This document shows, one piece after another, positions 1 through 13,669 of a DNA stretch of 64,000 bases (position 1 is the stretch's first letter; the number at the start of each line of letters is the position of its first letter). The notes under the pieces are model-generated. The model saw only the letters and a program-made list of their open reading frames with translations. It was not told the origin of the DNA and did no database searches. The position numbers were made by a program, and so were the translations under genes. This DNA is from Alphaproteobacteria bacterium (GTDB lineage Bacteria; Pseudomonadota; Alphaproteobacteria; GCA-2731375), in assembly GCA_965225945.1 (NCBI GenBank), contig CBDDBZ010000030.1, forward strand, positions 152,450-216,449, given 5' to 3'.

Positions 1-696
1 GGTCTGGAACGGCCGGAAGCCGATCAGCTCGGCGGCGATATCCATGTCGCGGACCGCCATCCAGGAGCGGCCGATGGGACTTCTGACGAGGTTCTTGGCC
101 ACCAGGGCGAAGACCACCACCAGGATCAGCGCGAACAGATAGCGCGCTTCCGGCGTCGCATGGGGACCCGTCACCAAGACGCCGAAGGCCTCGCGCGGCG
201 GCGCCGTGATGGTGCCCGACGGCGTGTAGTTCACGAACCACGGCACCTTGTTGTAGAGCCAGCCGAGGAAGAACTGCGCCGCCAGCGTCGCCACGGCGAG
301 ATAGAAGCCCTTGATCCTGAGGCTGGGGATGCCGAAAATCATGCCGACGCCGGCGGTGATCAGGCCGGCGGTGAGGAAGACGACGATGATGTTGAGCTCG
401 GGAAAGGCGGTCATCAGCTTGTAGGCCGCCACCGCGCCCGTCGCCATGAAGGCGCCGGTGCCGAGCGAGAGCTGGCCGCAATAGCCGGTCAGCAGGTTGA
501 GCCCGATCGCCGCCATCGAATAGCACAGCACCGGGATCATGATCGCCTGCAGGAAATACTCGTCGCCGAAGGTCGGCACGGCGACGAACATGACCACGAG
601 CACCAAGGCGATGAACCAGCGATCCTGCTTCAGCGGGAAGATCGCCTGGTCGGCGTCGTAGTGCGATTTGAACTGACCCGCCTCGCGATAGATCAT
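1..696 (-). CDS. Branched-chain amino acid ABC transporter permease (LivM-like), runs off window start
   Basis: Manual translation from ATG 696: MIYREAGQFKSHYDADQAIFPL..., later GLNLLTGYCGQLSLG and RIKGFYLAVATLAAQ motifs; follows the LivH-like gene. Confidence 0.9.
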   Translation of the reverse strand, partial: MIYREAGQFKSHYDADQAIFPLKQDRWFIALVLVVMFVAVPTFGDEYFLQAIMIPVLCYSMAAIGLNLLTGYCGQLSLGTGAFMATGAVAAYKLMTAFPELNIIVVFLTAGLITAGVGMIFGIPSLRIKGFYLAVATLAAQFFLGWLYNKVPWFVNYTPSGTITAPPREAFGVLVTGPHATPEARYLFALILVVVFALVAKNLVRSPIGRSWMAVRDMDIAAELIGFRPFQT

Positions 697-699
697 GAT

Positions 700-1695
700 C
701 TAGACCCTCTCGATGATCTTGTCGCCGAACAGGCCCTGCGGCCGGAACAGCAGGAACACCAGCGCCAACATGTAGGCGAACCAGTTCTCGATCGCGCCGT
801 TGACCAGCGGGCCCCAGTAGACCTCCGCCACCTTCTCGCCGACGCCGATGATCAGGCCGCCGACGATGGCGCCGGGCACCGAGGTGAAGCCGCCCAGGAT
901 CAGCACCGGCAGCGCCTTCAAAGCGATCAGCGAAAGCGAGAACTGCACGCCGCTGCGCGTCCCCCACATGATGCCCGCGACCAGGGCGACGATGCCGGCC
1001 ACCGACCAGACGATGATCCAGATCGTCTGCAACGGGATGCCGACGGAGAGCGCCGCCTGGTGATCGTCGGCCACGGCGCGGAGCGCCCGGCCGACCCGGG
1101 TCTTCTGGAAAAACAGTGCCAGCACGATCACCATCACGGCGGCCACCACAGTGGCCCAGATGTCGAACACCTGGAACAGGATGCCCTGCCAGATGAAGTT
1201 GCCCTGGGGGATGCCGATGTCGAGCGCCTTGATCTCGCCGCCCCACATGATTTCGCCGACCCCTTGCAGCACGAAGGCGAGGCCGATGGTCGACATGAAC
1301 AAGATGATCGGGTCCTGGTTCACCAGGGGTCTCAGCACGAATTTCTCGATCACGATGGCGAGGACGACCATGGCGGCGATGGTAACGATGATGGCGAGCC
1401 AGGGCGGCATCGCCAGCCAGCCGATCTCGGAGAGCACGATCGGCACGGTGCCGGTCATCAGCCCGACCAGGGTGAGCGCGGCGAACAGCGCGAGGATTCC
1501 CTGGGCGAAGTTGAACACGCCCGAGGCCTTGAAGATCAGCACGAAGCCCAGCGCCACCAGCGAATACATCACGCCCGACATCAGCCCGCCGATCACCACC
1601 TCGGCGAAGAACTCCGGCGCATCGATCATGTCCAGGATCGGCGCCTCGACGACATCGACATAGAGCGGCAGCAGAAACTCGCCCCAGAATTCCAT
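700..1695 (-). CDS. Branched-chain amino acid ABC permease (LivH-like)
   Basis: YSLVALGFVLIFKASGVFNFAQG, GRALRAVADD, RPQGLFG motifs. Confidence 0.93.
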   Translation of the reverse strand: MEFWGEFLLPLYVDVVEAPILDMIDAPEFFAEVVIGGLMSGVMYSLVALGFVLIFKASGVFNFAQGILALFAALTLVGLMTGTVPIVLSEIGWLAMPPWLAIIVTIAAMVVLAIVIEKFVLRPLVNQDPIILFMSTIGLAFVLQGVGEIMWGGEIKALDIGIPQGNFIWQGILFQVFDIWATVVAAVMVIVLALFFQKTRVGRALRAVADDHQAALSVGIPLQTIWIIVWSVAGIVALVAGIMWGTRSGVQFSLSLIALKALPVLILGGFTSVPGAIVGGLIIGVGEKVAEVYWGPLVNGAIENWFAYMLALVFLLFRPQGLFGDKIIERV

Positions 1696-1723
1696 CTCGA
1701 AGGCTCCTCCCGCGCGGGCGCGC

Positions 1724-2529
<806 letters not shown>

Positions 2530-2533
<4 letters not shown>

Positions 2534-4500
2534 GCCGCCTTGCGTCGTTCGCCGTCGCCGACGAAGGTTTCGGCCTCGCCGATCTTGAGATCCGCCTTCA
2601 TCTGGCCGGTGTGGCCGTCCTCGAAGGTCACACTCGTTTCGATGCTGACGTCGCGGGCATCGCTGAAGAGGGCGTCGATCAGCGGGCTGTAGCGATCGGC
2701 GATGATCCGCCGGCGCACCTTGCGGGTCCGGGTAAGTTCGCCGTCGTCCGCGTCCAGCTCCTTGTGCAGCAGCAGGAAGCGTTTGATCTGCGAGCCGGCG
2801 AGCGCGCTATCGCGCGAGAGCGTCAAGTTGACGGCCTCGATGCAGCCCTTGATCAGGTCGTAGACCTCGTCGCGCGAGGCGAGGTCGGTGAAGTTGGTGT
2901 AGGAGATGGCGCTCCGCTCGGCCCAGTTGCTGGTCGCCTCCAGGTCGATCACGACGAAGCAGGCGACATGGTCCTGGCCGTCGCCGTGGGCCACCGCCTC
3001 GCGGACGAAGGGATGGAATTTCAGCTTGTTCTCGATGTACTGCGGCGCGAAGAGCGTACCGTCGTTGAGCTTGCCCACGTCCTTGGCCCGATCGATGACC
3101 TTGAGGTGGCCGGTATCGTCGAGAATCCCGGCATCGCCCGTGTGCACCCAGCCGTCCGCATCCAGGGTTTCGGCCGTCGCCTCGTCGTTCTTGAAATAGC
3201 CGATGAAGTTGCCCGGGCTCTTGTAGAGGATTTCGCCGTCCTCGGTGATCTTCAGCTCGACTCCGGGGCAAGCCGGCCCGACGGTGTCGAGCTTGACGTC
3301 CCCGTCGCGCTGAATGCAGGTGTAGGCTGAGGACTCGGTCTGGGCGTAGAGCTGCTTCAGGTTGAGCCCGATCGAGCGGTAGAAGTTGAATACCTCCTCG
3401 CCGAGCGGCGCGCCGCCGGTATAGGCCAGTCTCGCGCGACTGAGGCCGAAGTTGTTCAGCAGCGGACCGTAGATGATATAGGAGCCCAGCGCGTAGAGCA
3501 GCCGATCGATGCCACCGACCGCCCGGCCTTCCAGCAGGTCGATGCCGACCCGCCCGGCGAGCTTGGTGAAATAGTCGAAGATTTTTCGCTGCAGCCAACC
3601 GGCGTCCTCCATCCGGACCTGGATCTGGGTGAGGAAGGTCTCCAGGATCGCCGGCGGCAGCAGCGCCATGGTCGGCCCGATGTCCTTGAGGTCCCCCATC
3701 ACGGTGTCCGAGTTCTCGGGACAATTGACCGTGAAGCCGACGACTCGTTGCTGCGCCACCGAGAAGAAGTGGTCGCCGACCCAGGCGAGCGGCAGATAGG
3801 CCAGGATCTCCTCCTTGTCGGTGAGCAACTCCATCTCGGATTGCAGGCGCGCGCTTTCCAGCAGGCCTCGGAAGCTCAGCAGGACGCCCTTCGGGTCGCC
3901 CGTGGTACCGGAGGTGTAAGCGATGATGGCGACGTCGTCCGCCTTGCCCTCGGCCACCTGGGCCAGGAAGAAGTCGGGGTTGGCCGCGCCATGGGCGCGT
4001 CCCCGCTCGATCAGGCTCTCCAGCGAATGCAGGTCGTCGCTGGCATAATGCCGCATGCCCTTGGAATCCTCGAAAATCAGGTGCTCGATCGCCGGCACCT
4101 TTTCGCGCACCGATTGGACCTTGTCGATCTGCTCCTGATCCTCGCAGATGGCCATCCGGACCTCGGCGTGCCGCAGCACGTAGAGCATCTCGTCGGCAAC
4201 CGATTCCGCATAGAGCGGCACCGGGATTGCGCCCACCGCCTGCACCGCGTCGAAGGCCAGGTAGAGCTCCGGCCGGTTGGAGCCGATGATGGCGATCGTG
4301 TCGCCGCGCTTCACGCCCAGGTCGGCCAGGCCGCAGGCGAAGTCGCGAACTTGGTCGGCGGCCTGCTTCCAGGTCCAGGTCTGCCAGATACCGAGGTCTT
4401 TCTCCCGATACGCCGGCCGCCCGCCCCGCTCCTCGGCATGCTTGAGAAGAAGCTTCGGGCTGGTGTCATAGGCCTTCAACGACGTCTGAAGTTCCGACAT
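2530..4500 (-). CDS. Long-chain fatty acid-CoA ligase (AMP-binding)
   Basis: YTSGTTGDPKG AMP-binding motif, GWVHTGDAG, GELTRTRKVRR; ATG 4500 with a GGGGAAGG RBS. Confidence 0.92.
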
Positions 4501-4511
4501 CGAACGTCCTT

Positions 4512-4552
4512 CCCCCTTCAAGGGCTCCGGCCCCCCTTCAAGGGCTCCGGCC
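4512..4552. repeat. 20-bp tandem duplication (CCCCCTTCAAGGGCTCCGGC x2)
   Basis: Read directly, immediately upstream of the ligase start. Confidence 0.85.
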
Positions 4553-4892
4553 GTCCGACGGACGTCGCGGCCGCGCGCACGGGTCGGCCCCCAAAACCGG
4601 CCCGCGAGACCGTCGGTAATCCGTCTCCGGCAGGTGCCTCCCGATCGTCGAGCGCCGACGGGGCCCCAGGTGGCCCACCCGGTGGCGCAGCGCTATTAGT
4701 CCACTTCCGCGCGTGGCGTCAAGCTGTCGCCCGAGATTGCGGCCCTCGATCCTCACGTCAACGTCGCAATCCGGCGCCGATCAGGCTACAAGGGGCCGTG
4801 CAACGCCACCGTGCCGGAATCGCGATCGGCCCCGGCCGAATTTCGTCGGCACGGTCGGACGTCCGACAAATCGTCGCGAAGGAGGTCGATCG

Positions 4893-7580
<2,688 letters not shown>

Positions 7581-7664
7581 GGGGACGGGATCGACCAACC
7601 GTCGTGCGGCCATCACCGACAATTGATTTCGCGGTGATGGCCGGGCATCGCTAATATCCGGGCC

Positions 7665-8408
7665 ATGAAAGGCCTGTGTCATAGCTTGGGCGGCGCCTCG
7701 GTCGCGACCGCCATCGCTCTCGGTTCGGCCCTCGCCGTCGACGCCGGGGAGCGGCTCACCGTGGTCGAGCTCTTCACCTCGCAGGGTTGCAATTCCTGCC
7801 CGCCGGCGGATCGCTATCTCGGCCAGCTCGCCGAGCGCGACGATATCCTGTCGCTGAGCTTCAACGTCGACTACTGGGACTACCTCGGCTGGCGGGACAC
7901 CTTGGCGTCGCCCGTCCACACCGAGCGCCAGCGCCGCTACTCGACGGCCATGCGTTCGCGCCGGGTCTACACGCCGCAAATGGTGATCGGCGGCACGCTG
8001 GAGAAGGTCGGTTCCGACCGCGCTTCGGTGTCCCGGGCGATCGAGAATGTGCGGGGGGATGCGCGCATCTGGCTCGCCATCGAGATCGAGCGCGTTGATG
8101 ACATGATCGTCGCCCGCCTACCGGGGGGCCGGATGGCGCGCGAGGCGACGATCTGGCTGGTGCGTTACGACAGCCGCCGGGAGGTCGAGATTCGCCGCGG
8201 CGAGAACGGCGGCCGCACAATCGCCTATCACAACGTGGTCCGCGACTTCGACAATATCGGCCTGTGGCGCGGCGAGGCGATGGAAGTCGCCTTCAAACTC
8301 TCCGACCTCGTCGAGGGCGGGCGCGACCGCTGTGCGATCCTCGTGCAGATCGGCGGTCAGGGCCCGATCATCGGCGCGGCGCGCATGGCGATCGACGACG
8401 ACTCCTGA
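7665..8408 (+). CDS. DUF1223 thioredoxin-like secreted protein
   Basis: VVELFTSQGCNSCPPAD, VDYWDYLGW, YTPQMVI, RGENGGR; signal-like N-terminus; usual acnA neighbour. Confidence 0.88.
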   Translation: MKGLCHSLGGASVATAIALGSALAVDAGERLTVVELFTSQGCNSCPPADRYLGQLAERDDILSLSFNVDYWDYLGWRDTLASPVHTERQRRYSTAMRSRRVYTPQMVIGGTLEKVGSDRASVSRAIENVRGDARIWLAIEIERVDDMIVARLPGGRMAREATIWLVRYDSRREVEIRRGENGGRTIAYHNVVRDFDNIGLWRGEAMEVAFKLSDLVEGGRDRCAILVQIGGQGPIIGAARMAIDDDS

Positions 8409-8603
8409 GCCCGGCAGGCTGACGGAGCGCGACATCGGGGGATGCCCCTAATCCGTGGATCGACAACCCACGGAGTCCCCTCCTCTCAGCCCATGACACA
8501 AACTCTCATGCATCACCCCTTGCCCGCGAGGGGTGACAAACCGGGCAGAAAGGGGATAGTCTTTCGTTCCTGGTGAGCCGTCGAGCAGCTAGAACTTCGG
8601 CTA

Positions 8604-9775
8604 ATACCAATCGGCCTTGAGGGAGACTCACTTTGAGGATTCCCATGGTGGATGATTTCTGACTCAATTCCGGTGATTCGGAGTTGAGGAGGTTCACCAT
8701 GGGAGCGGCGATCGGGTTACGAGAGGATTTCGATGCGGCGGAGCTGCGTCGCTTGGCGAAGCTTTCCAAGGATGCCGGCCAGAGCCGCCGGCTCTTGGCT
8801 CTCGCGGTGATCTATGACGGTGGGCGGCGGACGGATGCGGCACGGACCGGCCACGTGGGGCTTCAGGTGATCCGAGATTGGGTGTTGCATTTCAACGCCG
8901 AGGGCCCGGACGGCTTGATCGATCGCAAGGCGCCCGGTGCGGTGGCGAAGCTCGACGATGCACAACGCCAGGCGCTGGGGGCACGCGTCGATGCGGGGCC
9001 GAACCCGGCGGTCGACGGCGTGGTGCGCTGGCGGCTGAAGGATCTGGCGGGCTGGATCCGGGATATGTTCGCGATCTCGCTCGACGAGACCACGGTGAGC
9101 CGGGAATTGAAGGCGATGGGCTTCACGAAGATGACGGCGCGTCCGCGCCACCATGCCCAGGAGGAGGGCGTCATCGAGGATTTTAAAAAAAATTCCCCGA
9201 GCTGGTGGCGCAAGCCCGCCGGCGCCTGCCCGCCGGCACCGAGATAGAAATCTGGTGGCAGGACGAAGCCCGTGTCGGCCAGAAGAACAAGATCACTCGG
9301 CGCTGGGCGCGGCGCGGAACCCGGCCCCGCGCACCGCATGACCAGCGCACCAAATCAGCCTATATCTTCGGCGCCATCTGTCCCGAACGCGGCGTCGGCG
9401 CCGCCCTCGTGCTCCCCCACTGCGACACCCAGGCCATGCAGCTGCATCTGGAGGAGATCTCCTCCCGGGTAGGCGCGCGCGCGCATGCCCTCCTGCTCCT
9501 CGATCAGGCGGGTTGGCACACCACGGACAAGCTGAAGATCCCCGCCAACGTTACCCTCCTGCCCCTGCCACCACGCTCGCCGGAGCTCAATCCGACCGAA
9601 AACATCTGGCAGTTCATGCGCGACAACTGGCTGTCCAACTTGGTCTTCCAATCCGACGAGCAGATCATCACCTCCTGCTGCGAAGCCTGGAACAAGCTCA
9701 TCGATCAACCATGGAACATCACGTCCATCGGGCGGCGTAAATGGGCGCATGAGTTCTGATTAATGCCGATTGGTA
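8604..9775 (+). mobile_element. IS630-family element, copy 1 (1172 bp, TA duplication)
   Basis: IRs TACCAATCGGC/GCCGATTGGTA; TA at 8602-03 and 9776-77; two further copies in the window. Confidence 0.95.
8699..9759 (+). CDS. IS630 transposase (orfA+orfB joined by -1 frameshift at TTTTAAAAAAAA ~9181-9192)
   Basis: HTH orfA; DDE orfB WWQDEAR..LLDQAGWH..SPELNPTE. Confidence 0.9.
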
Positions 9776-9777
9776 TA

Positions 9778-9989
9778 AGTCCCCAATCAAAGCCGCCAGC
9801 GTCGAGACCCAGCCGCCGAGTGAACCGACCACCGTGCCCACGCTTGACCCCGTGGGCCCACAGGTCCCTCCCGCGCGCGCCGCCGCGTCAGCCTGTCGAG
9901 GGCCCGCCGCGTGGCGCGCGGGGCCCTCCCGTGGACTACGGGGACAAGCTCGCAGCCGCCGGTGGCCCCATTTTACTCCGCCGTTGACA
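9778..9989. mobile_element. Probable IS21-family terminal remnant
   Basis: Ends ...GGCCCCATTTTACTCCGCCGTTGACA (reverse TGTCAACGGCGGAGTAAAA), resembling IS21-type TG..CA ends; no transposase. Confidence 0.5.
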
Positions 9990-10151
9990 TGTCCAGCGCC
10001 GCGGCGGACACGGCGCGCCCTATCGCCGTGATCCACCGGCGGGATATTGAGTGTATGGCGACCGCCCAAATCGAGCAGGCGCAAGATTCGGTGCCGAGCT
10101 ATTCCGCCAAATCGCGGAGCGATAGGACGCCCGGCGCCGCGGCGGTTCCGT

Positions 10152-11138
10152 TCAGGGCACGACCATGTAGTGGACGCTGAAAAGCGCATCCGAATCGACC
10201 CAGGTCTCGGTCGGGCGCCAACCCGCCCGCTCGGCAAGCGTTATGAATTCGTCGACGGTGTATTTGTACGAATTCTCGGTATGGATGGTCGCGCCCTCGT
10301 CGAATGTAAAACATCGGCCGGCCAGCCGAACGGCTTGATCCTTGAGGCTCACGAGGTGCATCTCGATCCGGCCGCGCTCCGCGTTGTAAGGCGCATGATG
10401 GGCGAAGGCGTCGAGATCGAAATCCGCGCCGAGCTCGCGATTGATGCGCCTCAGAATGTTGAAGTTGAATGCCGCCGTGATGCCGCTGTCGTCATTGTAG
10501 GCGGCTCTCAGAACCCGCTCGTCTTTCTTGAGATCGACGCCGATAACCAACGCGCCTCCGAGTCCGATGGTTGCTGCCGCATTGGTCAGAAACGCGCACG
10601 CCTCGGCGGGTGCGAAATTGCCGATTGTGGAGCCGGGGAAAAAACCGAGACGCCGCGTGCCGCCGATGCGCCGGGGCAGCTCGAAGGTCTGGGTATAGTC
10701 GGCGCAAACCGGTATGACGGGAACATCCGGATAGTCTCTGGCCAGCGCCCGCGTCGCGGCAATCATGTGCTCGCGCGAAATGTCCACCGGAACGTAAGCG
10801 GCTGGCCGCTCCATGACGTCGAGCAAGTACCTGACCTTGACGCTGGAACCGCTGCCGAATTCGACGACGCTCCTCCCCGGACCGGCCGCGGCGGCGATGT
10901 TGCGGGCCTTCGCCTGCAACAGCGCGATCTCGGTGCGCGTCAGATAGTACTCGTCGAGATCACAGATCAGATCAAACAAAGCCGAGCCGCGCCGATCGTA
11001 GAAATATTTGCACGGCAGCGTTTTGGTCTCGCCGCCGAGGCCTTCGATCACCGCAGCGCGAAAGACCTCCTGCGAATCATGCCGTTCGTCCCGAAGACCT
11101 TCGAGAGCGCCAGATTCGATTGCCGCAAGGTTGGTCAC
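10152..11138 (-). CDS. egtD: L-histidine N-alpha-methyltransferase
   Basis: KTLPCKYFYD, EYYLTRTE, VEFGSGS, FFPGSTIGNF, IHTENSYKY; GTG start overlaps egtB stop (GTGA). Confidence 0.93.
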   Translation of the reverse strand: MTNLAAIESGALEGLRDERHDSQEVFRAAVIEGLGGETKTLPCKYFYDRRGSALFDLICDLDEYYLTRTEIALLQAKARNIAAAAGPGRSVVEFGSGSSVKVRYLLDVMERPAAYVPVDISREHMIAATRALARDYPDVPVIPVCADYTQTFELPRRIGGTRRLGFFPGSTIGNFAPAEACAFLTNAAATIGLGGALVIGVDLKKDERVLRAAYNDDSGITAAFNFNILRRINRELGADFDLDAFAHHAPYNAERGRIEMHLVSLKDQAVRLAGRCFTFDEGATIHTENSYKYTVDEFITLAERAGWRPTETWVDSDALFSVHYMVVP

Positions 11139-12445
11139 GCCGCGTCTTCCGCGAGCCTCAGTCCGCTGAACTGCCAGCGTTGATGGGGATAGAAGAAATT
11201 TCGGTAGCTCGCCCGCGTGTGATGATCGGGTGTGACACAAGACCCACCGCGCAGAACGACTTGGCCGCTCATGAACTTGCCGTTGTATTCGCCGACCGCA
11301 CCCACGGCGGGCCGGTAGCCCGGATAGGGCGTGAAGGCGGAGCCGGTAAGCTCCCAGACATCGCCGAAAAGCTGTTGAAGCGGCCCCTCGGCCTCATCGG
11401 CGGGGGCGGGTCTCAAGCGGCCGCTTCCCATCCAGTTGCCACGCACCGGACAGTCCGCGGCCGCGATCTCCCATTCTTGCTCGGTCGGCAGGCGCTTGCC
11501 TGCCCAACTCGCATAAGCGTCTGCCTCGTAATGGCTGACGTGGCAGACGGGGGCGGCCATCTCAACCGGTTGCATGCCCCGGAGCGTCATGGACCACCAC
11601 TCGCCGTCCCGCCTTTCCCAGTAAAGCGGCGCCTGCCACTCTTCGCTCCGCACGTTGGCCCAGCCATCCGAAAACCAGAATTCGGCGCGCCGGTAACCGT
11701 CATCGTCCATGAACGCGAGCCATTCGGCGTTGGTCACCGGTCGTGAGGCGATGCGATAGGGCCTGATCAGCACCTCGTGGCGCGGTCCCTCATGGTCGAA
11801 GGCGAAGCCCGCGCAGTCATGACCGATCTCGTAGATGCCGCCTGACACGTCGTGCCAGGAGAACGGTGATGCGGTCCGCCTCTCGGTTGGCACACCTCGT
11901 TTGAAGGCGGGTCTTACGGGATTGCAGGAAAACAGGTGCAGGATATCGGTCAGGATCAGTTCTTGATGCTGCTCCTCGTGGTGAAGGCCCAGATTGAGGA
12001 GCGGTCCGAGCCGCGCCCACGTGCCCTCGTCCATGCTCCGCAGATATCCGAGAACTGCCGTATCGACGTGGGCTCTATAGGCCAGAATCTGGTCGATCGT
12101 CGGGCGCGTGAGCATGCCGCGCTGCGGCCTTGGATGACGCGCGCCGACCGCCTCGTAATAGGAATTGAAAAGGTAGCCATAATGCGGATCGAAGAGCGCG
12201 TAGGTAGGCTCGTTCGGCGCGAGGAGAAAGGTCTCGAAGAACCATGTGGTGTGCCCAAAATGCCATTTCATTGGACTGGCATCGGGCATCGACTGCACGA
12301 CCTGATCCTCCGGCGAAACCTCACGGCCGAGCGATTCGGTGACCTGCCGAACCTGCCGGTAGCGCTCGAGCGGTGTAGCGGTGCAGCTGTCGCGACGCGA
12401 ATCCGCCATCATCGGTGTAGCGGTCGGCGCGAGGCGCGAAGCCAT
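11135..12445 (-). CDS. egtB: Ergothioneine biosynthesis sulfoxide synthase
   Basis: QSMPDASPMKWHFGHTTWFFETF, HHEEQHQELILTD iron site, FGE-like C-terminus GEYNGKFM..RNFF; start uncertain (12445 has GGAG upstream). Confidence 0.93.
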   Translation of the reverse strand: MASRLAPTATPMMADSRRDSCTATPLERYRQVRQVTESLGREVSPEDQVVQSMPDASPMKWHFGHTTWFFETFLLAPNEPTYALFDPHYGYLFNSYYEAVGARHPRPQRGMLTRPTIDQILAYRAHVDTAVLGYLRSMDEGTWARLGPLLNLGLHHEEQHQELILTDILHLFSCNPVRPAFKRGVPTERRTASPFSWHDVSGGIYEIGHDCAGFAFDHEGPRHEVLIRPYRIASRPVTNAEWLAFMDDDGYRRAEFWFSDGWANVRSEEWQAPLYWERRDGEWWSMTLRGMQPVEMAAPVCHVSHYEADAYASWAGKRLPTEQEWEIAAADCPVRGNWMGSGRLRPAPADEAEGPLQQLFGDVWELTGSAFTPYPGYRPAVGAVGEYNGKFMSGQVVLRGGSCVTPDHHTRASYRNFFYPHQRWQFSGLRLAEDAA

Positions 12446-12530
12446 GTGTCCGCTCCGGGCAATTGTCATGGTGAGAAGAGTAACCATTTTGTGGCGGAAA
12501 ATCAATCAGCGCACGTTATCGTTGCGGTTA

Positions 12531-13667
12531 TACCCCGACTCCCCGCAGACCCGAAAAAGTTCTGGCAATCCGGCTGCGGATCGATTCTTCTCGCGGTCAT
12601 GATTCGCGGTGGATTTCTGAGCATCGAGGAACGCGCGGCCCTGGAGGCGGTGATGGGGCATCCGAGCGAGACCCACGGGGTGGCGCGCCGCGCGAACGCC
12701 GTTCTGCTCTTGGATGACGGCTTGAGCTGCGTCGAGGTGGCGAAGGGGCTCTACCTCGACGACGACACGGTGCGGACGTGGCTGAAGCGCTACCGTGCGG
12801 GCGGCCTGGATGAAATGACGCTGTTCGACTGGCATGGCCGGTCGGGCCATCTGAGCCGGGAGCAAGAGGCGGAGCTTTCGGCCCATCTGAGCCAACGGCT
12901 TTACCGCGATACCGGCGAGGTGGCGGCCCATATCAAGGCGACCTACGGAGTGATCTACAGCCATTCGGGCTGCATCAAGGTGATGCATCGCCTGGGCTTC
13001 GAATACAAGCGCCCGAAAAGCCTGCCGGCTCAGGCCGATGAGGCCGAGCAGGCCGCCTTTATCGAGGCCTATGAAAGTTGCTCAACGGCTTGGCCGCCGA
13101 CGAGGTGGTCTACTTCGCCGATGCGGTGCACCCGGAATTCCAGTCCCGCCCAGTCCATGGCTGGGTCAAGAAGGGCGACAAAGTGGCGTTACGCCGGACC
13201 TCGGGGCGCCAGCGCATCAATCTCCACGGCGCGCTCAACCTGGAAAACTTCCACTGCCCCTTGGTCCAGGCCGAGAGGATCAACGCCGCCTCGACGATCG
13301 CGCTGTTCGAGATGCTGGAGGCCACCAATCCCGGCAAGTCGCGGATCTATGTCTTCGCCGACAATGCCCGCTATCACCACGCCCGCCTGGTCCGACAATG
13401 GCTGGAGAGACCGGGTTGCCGCATCAAGCTCATCTTCCAACCGTCCTACGCTCCCCACCTCAACGCCATCGAGCGATTATGGGGCGTCATGCATCGCGAG
13501 GTGACCCACAACAGCTTCTACGCCAGCTTCGCCCTCTTCACCGAAGCCATCGACGATTTCTTCCGCCGACGACTGCCACGAGAGTGGACGACGTGGCGCG
13601 ACACCATCACCGACAATTTCCGAATCATCTCGCACAAGGATTTTCGGGTTCTGGGGTGAGGCGAGTA
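12531..13667 (+). mobile_element. Second, distinct IS630-family element
   Basis: Imperfect IRs TACCCCGACTCCCCGCAGACCCGAAAA / TTTTCGGGTTCTGGGGTGAGGCGAGTA, TA on both sides. Confidence 0.85.
12599..13659 (+). pseudogene. IS630 transposase with frameshift near 13075
   Basis: HTH part MIRGGFLS..LDDDTVR and DDE part YFADAVHP..ADNARYH..PHLNAIE lie in different frames, break at TATGAAAGTTG. Confidence 0.8.
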
Positions 13668-13669
13668 TA

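Noticed and set aside
11135-12445. Selenoneine (senA) or ovothiol (ovoA) synthase
   Set aside because: No senB/senC neighbours, no fused methyltransferase; coupled to egtD.
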